A DNA stretch of 62,597 bases, filler included, from Globobulimina sp. (taxonomy: Eukaryota), in the NCBI GenBank assembly GCA_003354225.1. It is 22 parts of 22 records of this genome, joined end to end, with 100 filler letters (N's around TTAATTAATTAA, not from the genome) between each part and the next. Parts side by side here need not be neighbours in the genome. Positions count along the whole stretch, not along the records: positions 1 to 2,752 come from PIVH01005061.1; positions 2,853 to 5,604 come from PIVH01005062.1; positions 5,705 to 8,456 come from PIVH01005063.1; positions 8,557 to 11,307 come from PIVH01005064.1; 18 more parts are not named here. One strand, given 5' to 3'. The translations under genes and the position numbers were made by a program. Within the stretch, counting starts at the first letter, position 1; every line of letters begins with the position of its first letter. The notes under the pieces are model-generated. The model was not told where the DNA came from, searched no databases, and was given only the letters and a program-made list of their open reading frames with translations. Of the stretch, positions 1-11,407 are shown piece after piece.

Positions 1-29
1 CTAGAAGTGCAAAGATAAATGAAACAAGC

Positions 30-2752
30 TCATAACAAATCGCTTGTTATTTGAATCACAGCGGGTTCAAATGCATCCTCACCATCACTTGATTCACTTT
101 CAACACTTTCACCACTTTCAGCATTACGCTGTTCAATATTTGTGTTAATTACATTCATATTTTCTTTATCGCCGCCACCTAAATCAACCCCGACATAAAC
201 ATCATCCCTTTGAAAGATCCTACAATATATAAATAACAATAAAATCAAACCGCAAACACCTACAAATATACAGGCATCAAATATAGCATTCAGAAAAAAA
301 TTGAATGATTTGAACCCAATAATTGTATTCATATTCCTTTGCTTTCGCATCCTAACAATTGATGTTTCCATCTCAAATATAACATTTGTTGTACTCTCCT
401 CTTTATCTCCCAACTCTGTCACTATTACATTCGTTGCAATTGGCGTTTTTGTGGTTGGTCCGGATGCACCACATAATCCATAATATGTAAAGGCGTACGA
501 TTCTCGAAATGTGGCAGCATATTCACTGTTATACACTTTCCACTCACCATTACAATGCGTAATATCTGGTGTAAATTCAGACACATTACACAGTGCGTAA
601 TAATTCAATGTATCATACTCATCGTAAATCATCCACCAATGACTGAATATATTCCAAAACACATACAAGCCGGTATTGGGCGATCGATATCGCGGATAAA
701 AATTCCATATTCCATCATAAATATATTCATCATTCAATTCGAGATCACTGAAATTTTCCACACATAAAACCTCAGAAAGCGGTTCTGTGGGTGATGCAGT
801 TGGTGCTTTTGTAGCACTCTCCAACACAATTTCATCCCCGATTTGGATATCCTTTTCATCGCATAACAGTCCACTATAACCAGGCGAACATATACAAGCA
901 TTGTCGTCATCATTCCAATTACCCCAATAACAGCCAAATGGGTTAGAGGTTGCACTGCAAATTGCATCGATATTTGGACAGCGAATATGTACATTCGACG
1001 CATGCCAATATTTATTGGTTACTGAAATGCCATCGGGTTCCTCATTACGTGTACAATTTATATGCTGTTGATTGCTAATAAATATTTCGACACCGGACCA
1101 TTGCCGCAGAGCAGCATCATAACCAAAACATTTATGTTCAAAACAATGTCCGTTTGTTTCCCCATTACCATCTTCAATATCAACACAACGCGAATTCGTG
1201 CCATATATCTCTGCAGAATATTGTATCGGCAACAATGTATTCCCTCTTTTATCCCAACACGCTGCCTCAAAATCACTAATATGAAGATGCGGATCTCTAA
1301 ATGGGCAATAATCCGCTGCTTCGGGTCCGCCATGCGTCGAATCTGTAAAATATTGCAGAAACCACGGCAGCTCACTGTTATGATAATAATACTCACAGTC
1401 TGCGGGTGCGTCATTGTTATAAAAACATCCGTTATCATCCGCGTGATCGCAGAAATATTGCGGCCAATTTGAACGACCCGTCCTCCAGTCAATGCAGTCA
1501 TTATTAAAAAAGCTGCAGCCACTCTTAGCTCCCCAATGGAAGGGCTCACTGTATTTAAAATCAACGAAATACCATCCACTGTCCGCCATGAGCGAGAAGG
1601 TTAAGTTTGTAAAATATTGCAGTCCGCCCCATATGGTGGAGCCCATCAACAGCGACATTCCATAATGTTCATCCCAATGACTGCCGGCACTGCCACCAGA
1701 ACCTGTATTTTCTAACGGAAAACCAATCAGTTCTTGACAGGAGAAGTGATTCCTGGCAAAGTGGACAACATTGGGAGTTGTGATATACATCAAACCATCA
1801 CTTTGTTGCTCACTCACTACATTTGAATGCGGTATAATATCACCAATAGAGTCTCTGAAATGATGCCATAGCGGCGGGCCCATTATCACAACATGCGTGA
1901 TTTCGTGGAGTAAGACCACCACATCCTGTTTCCAGAACTGTTCAGCTTCAAAAATATACGGACTGTCCAGTGAAAATATAAAACAAATCATAGTGTTTTT
2001 CTAGGTAGATACCAATAGATAACCGTACCATATGTTGACTGTGCCAGCAATAGGACGGCCAAATTGGTCTTGAAAGCATGGTGCTGCCCAAGCTAAGGTT
2101 GACTCTCCGCATGATCTGGTTTGTGCGAAGGACACATAAATCACCAAATCTGTGTCGGGGATACCTTTTATTTTTATGTAATGGGTGTAGATTACTGTAC
2201 AAATTAGGTACAAACTAAAACAATTTCAGTTATACCTGCTCCAGCTGGCAATTTTGTAGCAGTGGTATTATGTTCACCATCCCAGAAATATAGCAAATCT
2301 TCGGCTAAATGATCACTCGGAATATCAACCATTGCGCATTGATCGGGTTTTAAATATTCAATGCAATTTATACCAAATTCTGTCGTATAATTACTAGTGC
2401 ATTTTCTGTGAATGAATAAATTATTTTCAACGGGGATTACTGAGACAAATTGCTGATAAAATCTGGTTACAGTCGATATTAATGATTTGATGTAATTGAT
2501 TTGCTCCATTGTTAAATTATTGTCGGTGGAAATATATTTAGGATCATAATATGGACGAATACGAATCGGTGATGGCCGTGCTTGGGTGGCTGCTAATCTT
2601 CGTTGCGGTGCTTCTCCAATATTAATGCCAATGATATCCTCATCATATGGATGGTTCTTGTAATTTACAAATGTTTGTCGCAAATCAATATCTTTGTGGA
2701 CATTATCATGTAAGCATTTATGTATTCGTTTTGATTGACTCAATATTGCAAA
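30..2752 (-). CDS. Leishmanolysin/GP63-like (M8) zinc metalloprotease with EGF-like segment and C-terminal TM helix; 5' partial, 3 exons
   Basis: HEITH zinc motif, LENTGSGGSAGSHW motif, ADYCP, pro-region CLHD. Introns 2235-2165 and 2028-1963 (GT-AG) join three ORFs into ...GAGIPDTDLVIYV...GRPIAGTVNICPY... Confidence 0.92.
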
Positions 2753-2852
2753 NNNNNNNNNNNNNNNNNNNNNNNNNNNNNNNNNNNNNNNNNNNNTTAA
2801 TTAATTAANNNNNNNNNNNNNNNNNNNNNNNNNNNNNNNNNNNNNNNNNNNN
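2753..2852. other. Artificial contig-joining spacer (first of 21)
   Basis: 44 N + TTAATTAATTAA (stops in all six frames) + 44 N. Recurs every ~2.85 kb. Contigs: 1-2752, 2853-5604, 5705-8456, 8557-11307, 11408-14158, 14259-17009, 17110-19860, 19961-22711, 22812-25562, 25663-28412, 28513-31262, 31363-34112, 34213-36962, 37063-39811, 39912-42660, 42761-45509, 45610-48357, 48458-51205, 51306-54053, 54154-56901, 57002-59749, 59850-62597. Confidence 0.99.
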
Positions 2853-2987
2853 GGTTTTCTTGCCAGTTTCGTCATTGTTTTGATATTATGTGATCTAGAA
2901 AAATATTTCTGAACATTTGTCGTTTGTGAGGTGATAACAGTGATTTTAAGATTTTCACGAAGTAAGCTAGTCAACAAATCTTTGAAA

Positions 2988-3968
2988 ATGGAAAAAGAAC
3001 TGCATCAAAAAAAAGGAACTGACGCTGTCCAAAAAATGTCATCATGGAAAGATGCATTAAACAGACTCATAGCGTCAAGCGGAGCAGCACTCATCGCAGA
3101 AACCATAACATTGCCAACTGATGTGATTAAGACGCGATTGCAAGTACAAAACCACGTTAATACATCAACCACGTTAAATAAACAAGTTTATTCTGGAATG
3201 CTGGATGCTATGACGAAAATAAGTCATCATGAAGGGATAGCTGGTCTGTTCAAAGGACTTCAACCAGCATTAATTAGACAGGTCAGCTACACTGGAATTG
3301 CTTTTATTGTGTTTGAACCAGTACGTGATTCAATTAATACTCTAACAAACACCAGGAATAAAAATAAGAAACCAAGCTTTGTAACCCGTGTAATGTCTGG
3401 CGGCATTGCCGGAGCAATAGGTATTTCAGTAATAAATCCGACAGAAGTTTTAAAAACTAAAATGCAAACAAATCAGTCATTGTATGAGTCGCCAACAATG
3501 ACCAATATAATAAGAAATGTGTATAAAACTGATGGGATATTTGGCTTTTGGGCCGGTGTTTGGCCAAATATTTGCAGAGCATTTTTGGTGAATGCTGCAG
3601 AACTCGGAATGTATGATAATGCAAAAAATTGGATTATAAATGATTACAAATTATTTGACGATGGTATGATGGCACATGTTTCTGCGTCATTCATTGCTGG
3701 TGTTTGTAGTGCAGTTATCTCAACACCTGTCGATGTGGTAAAAACGCGATTCATGAATCAAGCCGGGATGAACCAGAAACAATATAAGCAAGGAATGTTA
3801 AAATCGCTGATATTGTTACCAAAACAAGAAGGATTTTATGCATGTTACAAGGGATTCACACCCATTGTAATCAGAAAGGTTGTATGGTGCACACTGTTTT
3901 TTGTCACGTATGAAAAACTCCGGAGTTTTTTAAATTTAGGTTTGTTGCCCCCTGCAAAGGGAACGTAA
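2988..3968 (+). CDS. Mitochondrial carrier (SLC25; UCP/oxoglutarate-dicarboxylate carrier-like)
   Basis: Three Px[DE]xxKxR/K signatures (PTDVIKTR, PTEVLKTK, PVDVVKTR), RAFLVNAAELGMYD, YKGFTP. Confidence 0.92.
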   Translation: MEKELHQKKGTDAVQKMSSWKDALNRLIASSGAALIAETITLPTDVIKTRLQVQNHVNTSTTLNKQVYSGMLDAMTKISHHEGIAGLFKGLQPALIRQVSYTGIAFIVFEPVRDSINTLTNTRNKNKKPSFVTRVMSGGIAGAIGISVINPTEVLKTKMQTNQSLYESPTMTNIIRNVYKTDGIFGFWAGVWPNICRAFLVNAAELGMYDNAKNWIINDYKLFDDGMMAHVSASFIAGVCSAVISTPVDVVKTRFMNQAGMNQKQYKQGMLKSLILLPKQEGFYACYKGFTPIVIRKVVWCTLFFVTYEKLRSFLNLGLLPPAKGT

Positions 3969-4019
3969 TTTTTATTTAAAAGAAAATCTGACTGCCACTC
4001 AAAAGCTCCATTGCATTTC

Positions 4020-5078
4020 TTATCTCTTTTTATTAGTTTTAAAATTCCGAACTCCGCCAGTACTTATTTTGAATTTCGCACTTTGGTTTGTTTTAATATT
4101 CTTACAAGTTTTAAGCAATTTCGCATATCTAATCTCGTCAATCATCAATGTTTGTATTCGATAATTAACAATCGAAGTCCACACAAATCCTAAACCAGGC
4201 ACAATTACATATTTTGCATCCAATGGTATTTGATCAAAGTTGCCATCATCATCATAAAAGTTCTTATCATTTTTATTACTTTTCTTATTTTTAAACTGTT
4301 TCTCTTTACTGCCAACACTCATTTTGGTCGTCATTTGATTCATACAAACGATCGCTACATTATACTTTTTGCACAAATAATGAAACAGTTGACCCAATTT
4401 ACATATATATTGTACCAAATTCTCTTGGTATTTTATTAAAAATGAGATTGGATCGATAACAATCAATTTAACATTATGAAACTTGCTCGAATAGGTTTGG
4501 CTGTTACCACTTAATATTTCATCCAATAATTTCATTAATATGAAATCCAATTCTTTGAAACTAAAACATCGAAATATCAAAATATTTGACATCATATCCC
4601 GTTCTGATCCTAAATCATAAATAACGCTATTTATGATCTCTCGCTTTCGCGCCATATCATGGATGTGATGGATAAATGACTTACAAACATTAAATAATCG
4701 CTCACCAAACACGCCATTTGCGGTATCGATATAAATGCATTGTCCACCGATACCATTTAAGACTGTGGGTACTTGGACATCGCAGGCTAACTGCAATCCA
4801 ATTTGTGTTTTTCCTGTTCCTGATAAACCACAAAATTCGGTGATTTTGCCCAGCTCGACACCACCACCCAATAAATTGTCAATTTCTTTATTGCAGCAGG
4901 TGATATTAATCGTATTATTTGATGTTGTTTGCCTAGAAAATATATCCCATGCTGTTTCACAATGAAATAATGAATTTGAACCCATCGGAGATATACGGAA
5001 TGGCGGTAATGAGTTGTTTTTATTCGTATTTGATAGTTTAGGTTTCTTCCATACAATCAATGTGGCATTTTTTGGCAT
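4020..5078 (-). CDS. RAD51C: RAD51 paralog, most like RAD51C
   Basis: IDNLLGGGVELGKITEFCGLSGTGKTQIGLQLACDVQVP...GIGGQCIYIDT (Walker A), KLIVIDPI (Walker B), NQMTTK, VPGLG. A short upstream exon is possible. Confidence 0.85.
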   Translation of the reverse strand: MPKNATLIVWKKPKLSNTNKNNSLPPFRISPMGSNSLFHCETAWDIFSRQTTSNNTINITCCNKEIDNLLGGGVELGKITEFCGLSGTGKTQIGLQLACDVQVPTVLNGIGGQCIYIDTANGVFGERLFNVCKSFIHHIHDMARKREIINSVIYDLGSERDMMSNILIFRCFSFKELDFILMKLLDEILSGNSQTYSSKFHNVKLIVIDPISFLIKYQENLVQYICKLGQLFHYLCKKYNVAIVCMNQMTTKMSVGSKEKQFKNKKSNKNDKNFYDDDGNFDQIPLDAKYVIVPGLGFVWTSIVNYRIQTLMIDEIRYAKLLKTCKNIKTNQSAKFKISTGGVRNFKTNKKR

Positions 5079-5397
5079 TCTCTTTTTATTTGACGTCTTT
5101 TTATGAATGCTTGCCTTCAGTGCACCTTAATTGTTTTTATTACGTTATCACCATTTTTTTAATTTGATTCTTTGAAAATAACCCAACTTAATGCACACGA
5201 AGGAACCTCTTGATGTTGCATCCATGCTTGGTATTTATTCTTTAAATCTGTGCTTGCTCCAATAATCTTAAATCCATCTTTATTTTTCTCATTCATAATA
5301 ATTACGAATAGATGATTCTGACTACGCAACTTAGATTTTTTTTTGACAGAGAACGGATTTCAAATACGCCACAAATCAAAAACAAATGCTTTTGTCA

Positions 5398-5604
5398 TTA
5401 TGTAGAAATATCACTAATTTGCGATTGAAATTGTTTTGCTATTTTCTTACTTCCCAAATAATTGAACAATGGATTATCCTCAGCTTCATTTTGTTCTTTT
5501 TGTTGCCCTTTCTTTTTCTTAATTGCTTTTAGTTCAAATATATGCTGTCTCGCTTGATATTTCTTTCTATTCCGTTTCCTGCCTTGTTGCAATTTTTGTT
5601 GTTT
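5398..5604 (-). CDS. 3' end of a basic protein, unknown function (partial)
   Basis: Open frame from the contig end, K/R/Q-rich. No motif recognised. Confidence 0.35.
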   Translation of the reverse strand, partial: KQQKLQQGRKRNRKKYQARQHIFELKAIKKKKGQQKEQNEAEDNPLFNYLGSKKIAKQFQSQISDIST

Positions 5605-5704
5605 NNNNNNNNNNNNNNNNNNNNNNNNNNNNNNNNNNNNNNNNNNNNTTAATTAATTAANNNNNNNNNNNNNNNNNNNNNNNNNNNNNNNNNNNNNNNN
5701 NNNN

Positions 5705-6742
5705 ACGCTTACTCCTACAGTTTCTCCCTCGGAACCAAGTATAAATCCAACTAAAAACCCAACAATATCACCTACTTTGAATCCAACCCAATCGCCTTCC
5801 AATCCAACCAATAATCCAATTACACTGAGTCCTACAAATAATCCAATCACAAGTAGTCCCACACAGCATCCAGTTACATTGAGTCCTACAGATAGCCCAA
5901 CTACAAGCGACCCGACATCAAGCAATCCGAGCAGACCACCATCTGCCTCTCCAACACTACAACCCTCGCAACCAACCAAGGTACCTACAATTAATACGGA
6001 TCCCACTGCTTCTCCAAATACAAAGGCTCCAACCACGGCACCGATCAGTCTGAATCCAACCACTTCGCCAGTAACGAATACTGACCCCACTGCGTCACCG
6101 ATAGTGACTACGGATCCGACGGTATCTCCAAATACTGAGCCAACTGCAGCGCCAATACGTAATGGTGATCCGACTGCAGCGCCAAACAGTAATACTAGTC
6201 CAAATCCAACGACTTCTCCAAATACCAATACAAACACAAATGATCCAACAACAGCAACATTAGCAACACCGACCGATGAGGATGGTCAAGGGGAGGATGA
6301 AGGATTAGGTTCGCAACCAGAGCAGAAAAGGTATCGTATATATCTATTATATCAGTTGTTGATATATGATTTATTTGTATGGTGTGTAATATATAGTAAT
6401 GTTGGTATGATAGTGGCGATCGTCGGAGCATTAATTGTGTTATGTTGTTGCTTATTGTTTGGTGCACTCTTTTGGTTAAATAAACGAAATAGAGAGAAAG
6501 AGGATGCATTGGATGTAGAAACGTTAAAATTATCCAAAGTTAAATCGATGTCTGGTGATGAAGGACCCAACGGAACAGCCGTTAAAACGCCATCATCGTT
6601 ACGAAATGATAAATATGGTAATGATGAAGACGACGATGAGGATGAGGAGGATGATGAGGAAGATTTTTATGAAGACGATGAAAGTGATGAGGTGAGTGAT
6701 TTAGAAAAGAATGTTGAAATGGCAGATTTAAAAAAAAAATAA
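5705..6742 (+). CDS. Single-pass surface protein with Pro/Thr (PTxxP) mucin-like stalk and acidic tail; 5' partial
   Basis: Many PT.DPT.SP repeats, TM helix MIVAIVGALIVLCCCLLFGALFWL, D/E-rich C-terminus. Likely intron 6331-6396 (GT..AG). Confidence 0.8.
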   Translation, partial: TLTPTVSPSEPSINPTKNPTISPTLNPTQSPSNPTNNPITLSPTNNPITSSPTQHPVTLSPTDSPTTSDPTSSNPSRPPSASPTLQPSQPTKVPTINTDPTASPNTKAPTTAPISLNPTTSPVTNTDPTASPIVTTDPTVSPNTEPTAAPIRNGDPTAAPNSNTSPNPTTSPNTNTNTNDPTTATLATPTDEDGQGEDEGLGSQPEQKRYRIYLLYQLLIYDLFVWCVIYSNVGMIVAIVGALIVLCCCLLFGALFWLNKRNREKEDALDVETLKLSKVKSMSGDEGPNGTAVKTPSSLRNDKYGNDEDDDEDEEDDEEDFYEDDESDEVSDLEKNVEMADLKKK

Positions 6743-7091
6743 AAAAGGTAAAAAAAATATATTGACAACTTTTTTTATGGCCGTAATAAATTTATTGCAT
6801 TCGTTGACTTTTATTAGATTCGTTAACGGTGCCTTTAATTTTATTACTTTTAACTTTTATTATATTCGTTAATGTGTATTATAAATTAGTGTGCTTGTGT
6901 TTTTTCTCTAGTTTACGCGTACATTTTTTGTTTTTTTTTGTGTTCTTAATAGTCTTTTTTTGTTTCTACGTACATAATTGTTGATTGATAATAAATAATA
7001 ATACTTCACTGGTAATACATTCTTTATTGTAGATAATTTAAACCAACAGTCCTACATATCAGCGGTGACTGGGGTGTGAGGAAAGTTTTTT

Positions 7092-8262
7092 TTACAACTT
7101 AGTTTTAAGAGTCTCATACACAAGAAACATGATACAGGTCGAGGGCATAATACGTGTAATATTGATGGACATGCCAGCATAAAATGTTCGAATTCCATTT
7201 TCTCTCCAAACAGCTTGAAATAATGGTATGAGCTTTTGTGACCCACCTTCAATGTCTTGCAATCTTGTTCTCAACACTTGATAAGGATAAGTAACGACGA
7301 CGGAAACTGATTTCGCAACTATTGTATTGCCGATTATCTCCAATGGAGTCATAAATCTATCACTCTTTTCCTGTAACATATATTTTGTCCGCTCATAGAC
7401 CATAAAATGTATCGATGACTGGCAAACTCCAAACATTGACGGCAACACACCCCTCCAAAAGCCCATTATCCCTCTCAGAGAGTAAATATTACGTATATTT
7501 TCCAACATTTTTGGGCGTTCATTCAGTTGCAAATTAGTCTTAAAGTATTGTTCTCAAATTAAAAATCTGATGGACATCCTAATCATGACAAAAAACTAAA
7601 TCATGGACTTTATCAATACGCATCCAATGCAGGTATTGTATATGTAATTATTCTTGTTAGTGGATAAAACTCGGAAACATATTATATGGAAATCTTTTGT
7701 TTCAGAGTTTCAACGTTGCTGTGCAGTCAATACAATTTGTATAACATTTATCTTGTTACTTTAGATGCGTATTGGCAGAGTCCATAAATTAGTTTTTTGT
7801 GCGGAGTCAGAGCAATGTCCATCCGATTTATGACTGGGATAAGAATACCTTAACAACCCATATCGGGTTAGTTAAAACTTGCGTGATTGAACCAGCCATG
7901 AATGAGGATACTAAATGCTGTGTTGATGTCAATTTATCATTGGGCGAAGCTCGGAATTTATTTTTAATTTTTGCATATAAATAAAAGTAAGAACCCCAGG
8001 CAACAGCTGATCCAATAATACTTGCCTCAATTCCAACAAATAGACCATGGAATCCTTGGGTTTTGATGATTTTACTGAATGCATTTATAGAGGAACTGTA
8101 ATGCGCATATTGTGAACTTTGAAACCTTGTCTTTATCAAATCAAATGGATATGTTAAAGACGTTGCAGCAAACCCTGCTACAAAACCTGCGATGGCTTGT
8201 TTTCCACTTGATATCAATGGGACAGATTGTTGATCTTTAATAACATTATCTTTCCTAGGCAT
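7092..8262 (-). CDS. Mitochondrial carrier, folate/FAD/NAD transporter (SLC25A32/Flx1-like); 2 exons
   Basis: YPFDLIKTRFQ, GSAVAWGSYFYLY, TNPIWVVK|TNLQL across intron 7848-7539, YPYQVLRTRLQ. Confidence 0.88.
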
Positions 8263-8684
8263 TGCAAAAATGATTTTGAAGTTTTTAAGTATTCTTGAAT
8301 CATGCCATTGGAATTCCAGCTGTAAGTACAAGACCAATCACTGGAAGAGAAACAATTATTAAACAATTGCCTCAATAAATGCTTTGTCAATTTTGTTTGC
8401 TCACTAGGATAGTTGCATAGAATGCATATGAATTTTAAATAAATTAAATATTATCANNNNNNNNNNNNNNNNNNNNNNNNNNNNNNNNNNNNNNNNNNNN
8501 TTAATTAATTAANNNNNNNNNNNNNNNNNNNNNNNNNNNNNNNNNNNNNNNNNNNNGTATACAACAAAAAATCACGATTGGTGTATTTGGTTTATGGACG
8601 TTGCCAAATTAAAATAAATCAAAAAAAAAAATAAAATTCATCATAAAACATAAAAAAAAATGTTTTAAAATCCGTAGTTTGTAA

Positions 8685-11307
8685 TTAATATTTTTCATTT
8701 ATCAATTTAGGATCTTGATTTATTTGTATATTTGGTATGTTATTATTTAAGTAATCTGATTTGAGTTTATAGGAATGACAGACAATCGACAATGTTAAAC
8801 CAACAGTCTTTATTTTTTTCTTCTTTAGTTGTTCCACATTAAATAATGTTTTATGACCAGAACCATTCCAATGTTTATCAATATTCAATGTAGAATCTAT
8901 ATTTATATTAAATACGGGAATATCTAATCTCCATCGAAAATATAAATTGAGTAATTGCTTTATATCATTGTCTGGAAATTGAATAATTTGCATAAACCAA
9001 GTCACTCTTTTTTTAGTATTCACATTAATTCGTAAAATAAAGGTTACCTCAACTATCTTATTTAAATAATATATTGGCACATTTATTTCATTTATAATTT
9101 CATCTATTTCATATTGCAATTTTTTATATTTATATTCATAAATCGGAATTGTTTGCGAATATTTCCTTATATGTTTAATAAACGGACCGATTCTATTTTT
9201 ACTTTTATCATAAAACATATGTATTAATGATTTATTTTGTATGCACTGATTTAATTGCAATTTATCAATAAATATTGGTTTTTTTATTCTTATTAATTCA
9301 GAAACATTATGTTCGAATAATAACTGATGATATGATTTATATTTTTTTTTGTTTTTGTTTTTATTATAATTAACATTAACATTCATATATGTTTCTATCA
9401 TGTTTAATAATTTATTTTCATATTTAAAGTCTAACATATTTAAATCATAAATATTATTCCCACGGTATAAATAAAAAAATAATACATTTGAAATTGTATA
9501 TTGTTCCATTGATTCAATTTTATCCATAATATTTAAAATAATTACTTTTGAACAATAAGTTACAATCTCATTCTCGAAAGAAAATGGTGACAACCAATTT
9601 AAATTAATATACTGCGAATTAAATGAATAATATCTTGAATATGTCACAAGTATCACATCGTTACCATCCACATTACGCATACACATATCCGCTATGCCAA
9701 AATTGCCAGTAAATGAATATGGCATTGATATATCAATTTGGCTTTGACTGAATAGTACTTTTTTGTTAACACAATGATAAAATAAATTGTGTTTCATTTC
9801 GCTGCCATAAATCCAAATTGATTCATACATCAATTTCACAAAATTTGCGATATACTTTATTTTACTCATAACATCTAATGTTTTCTCATTCATTTTGCAT
9901 TTACGACAGCAATCTTTAAACTCAATTTGCAATTTTCTGTATTTGCTCCATAGAAATAATACAATTAAATGTTTTTTTGATATTTGTTGATTATTCTTAA
10001 TGCCCGCTGCAATCGCCAACGCTGTTTTTTTTGTATTTGCTGTCAACAAACGTGAATGTTGCGATTTATTTAAAAATGTACATCGAACATCAGTATCATT
10101 CCATTCTTTTACAGAAATTTTATATTTCGGATTGTCCAATAATTCCTCTTTTAATGTGTCATAAACTGCTTTAATTGGTGCTAAATTTGATGAATTTTGC
10201 CATTCCCAAAAATTTACTTCTTTCCCATATTCATATGATTCAATCACCGGATATTCATCATATTCACTGCCTAATGTATGATTTGATTTACTTTCATCAT
10301 TATTGACAGGTACATAATCAACAAATTTTGAGTGAGTAAACATTTCATGATTTCTTGGTATTGTTTGTGAATATAATCTATGCAATGCATTACATTTTAT
10401 CTGTACATTCTCCTCTTTATATGATTGATACTCTGATTTCATTTTTGCATCATCTTCTTCTTCATCTTCATCATCATCATTGTGATTGTCGCTATCCTTT
10501 TCTTCCTCATTTATTCTTTTACAACATATGTTATTTAATTTCTCCACTGTTTTTTTCAGCTTTTTTGCTGCAATGTGTTCATATTTGTAAAGTGGAGCTG
10601 AATGATATAAAAACAGATGTATTTCATCCATTAATTGCATAAATACAATCTGCGATGATTCCGCTGCTCCAAAAAAATGATATTTTCGCATATAATCAGA
10701 TGAATCATCCACAGACACGTTCCTATAAAATCTCTTTAAAATACAACAACTGTCAGGTTGACAAATGCCATTTTGAGTGACGAAGTGATCAAAAGTTTCC
10801 AATGTTTGCGACACAGAATATCCATGATCTAATATAATATGATGATAATCATTCATTATTTCTTCAATGCCAAAATCTTTCAATCCTTCCACCAAATCCA
10901 ATATAGGAATATTCAAAAGCTCCTTGTTCTGTTTTTCAATGCGGAAAAACGATTTTTTTTAAAGTAATTTGAAAACAATCTGTTTCACAGTACACAGAAG
11001 TGACAATTACATACTATCATATCGCCATAATATTGTATAGTTTTAGTGTCATTTGCTCCATCTTTGGGCGGCAATAATAAGAATTCTTTATTATTATTTG
11101 AGAGCAGTTCAAAGCCGCAATCCAGCAAAATGTTGATCGTAACCTGGCCATAGGGGGTTGTTCTCATTTTAATTTGGTTGATATCCAACTGTCGAACTCT
11201 ATTATTGTTGGGAAACTGTATAATATTATACAACACCCTCAATATGAAATATACGATGGGAATGCCATCACGATTTTTAATCATTGTTGTTACATTTCGC
11301 ATCAATG
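8685..11307 (-). CDS. PUB-domain protein with a degenerate ADP-ribosyltransferase-like domain; 5' partial, 2 exons
   Basis: Exon 1 is PUB-like (ILRVLYNIIQFPNNNRVRQL...ILLDCGF). Intron 11014-10929 joins it in frame to the 743-aa ORF. ART-like motif order FYH...PYSFT...A...VIL...WLSPFSFENE. Confidence 0.6.
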
Positions 11308-11407
11308 NNNNNNNNNNNNNNNNNNNNNNNNNNNNNNNNNNNNNNNNNNNNTTAATTAATTAANNNNNNNNNNNNNNNNNNNNNNNNNNNNNNNNNNNNN
11401 NNNNNNN

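Noticed and set aside
5653-6237. 194-aa Gly/Val-rich minus-strand ORF
   Set aside because: Antisense shadow of the Pro/Thr repeat gene.
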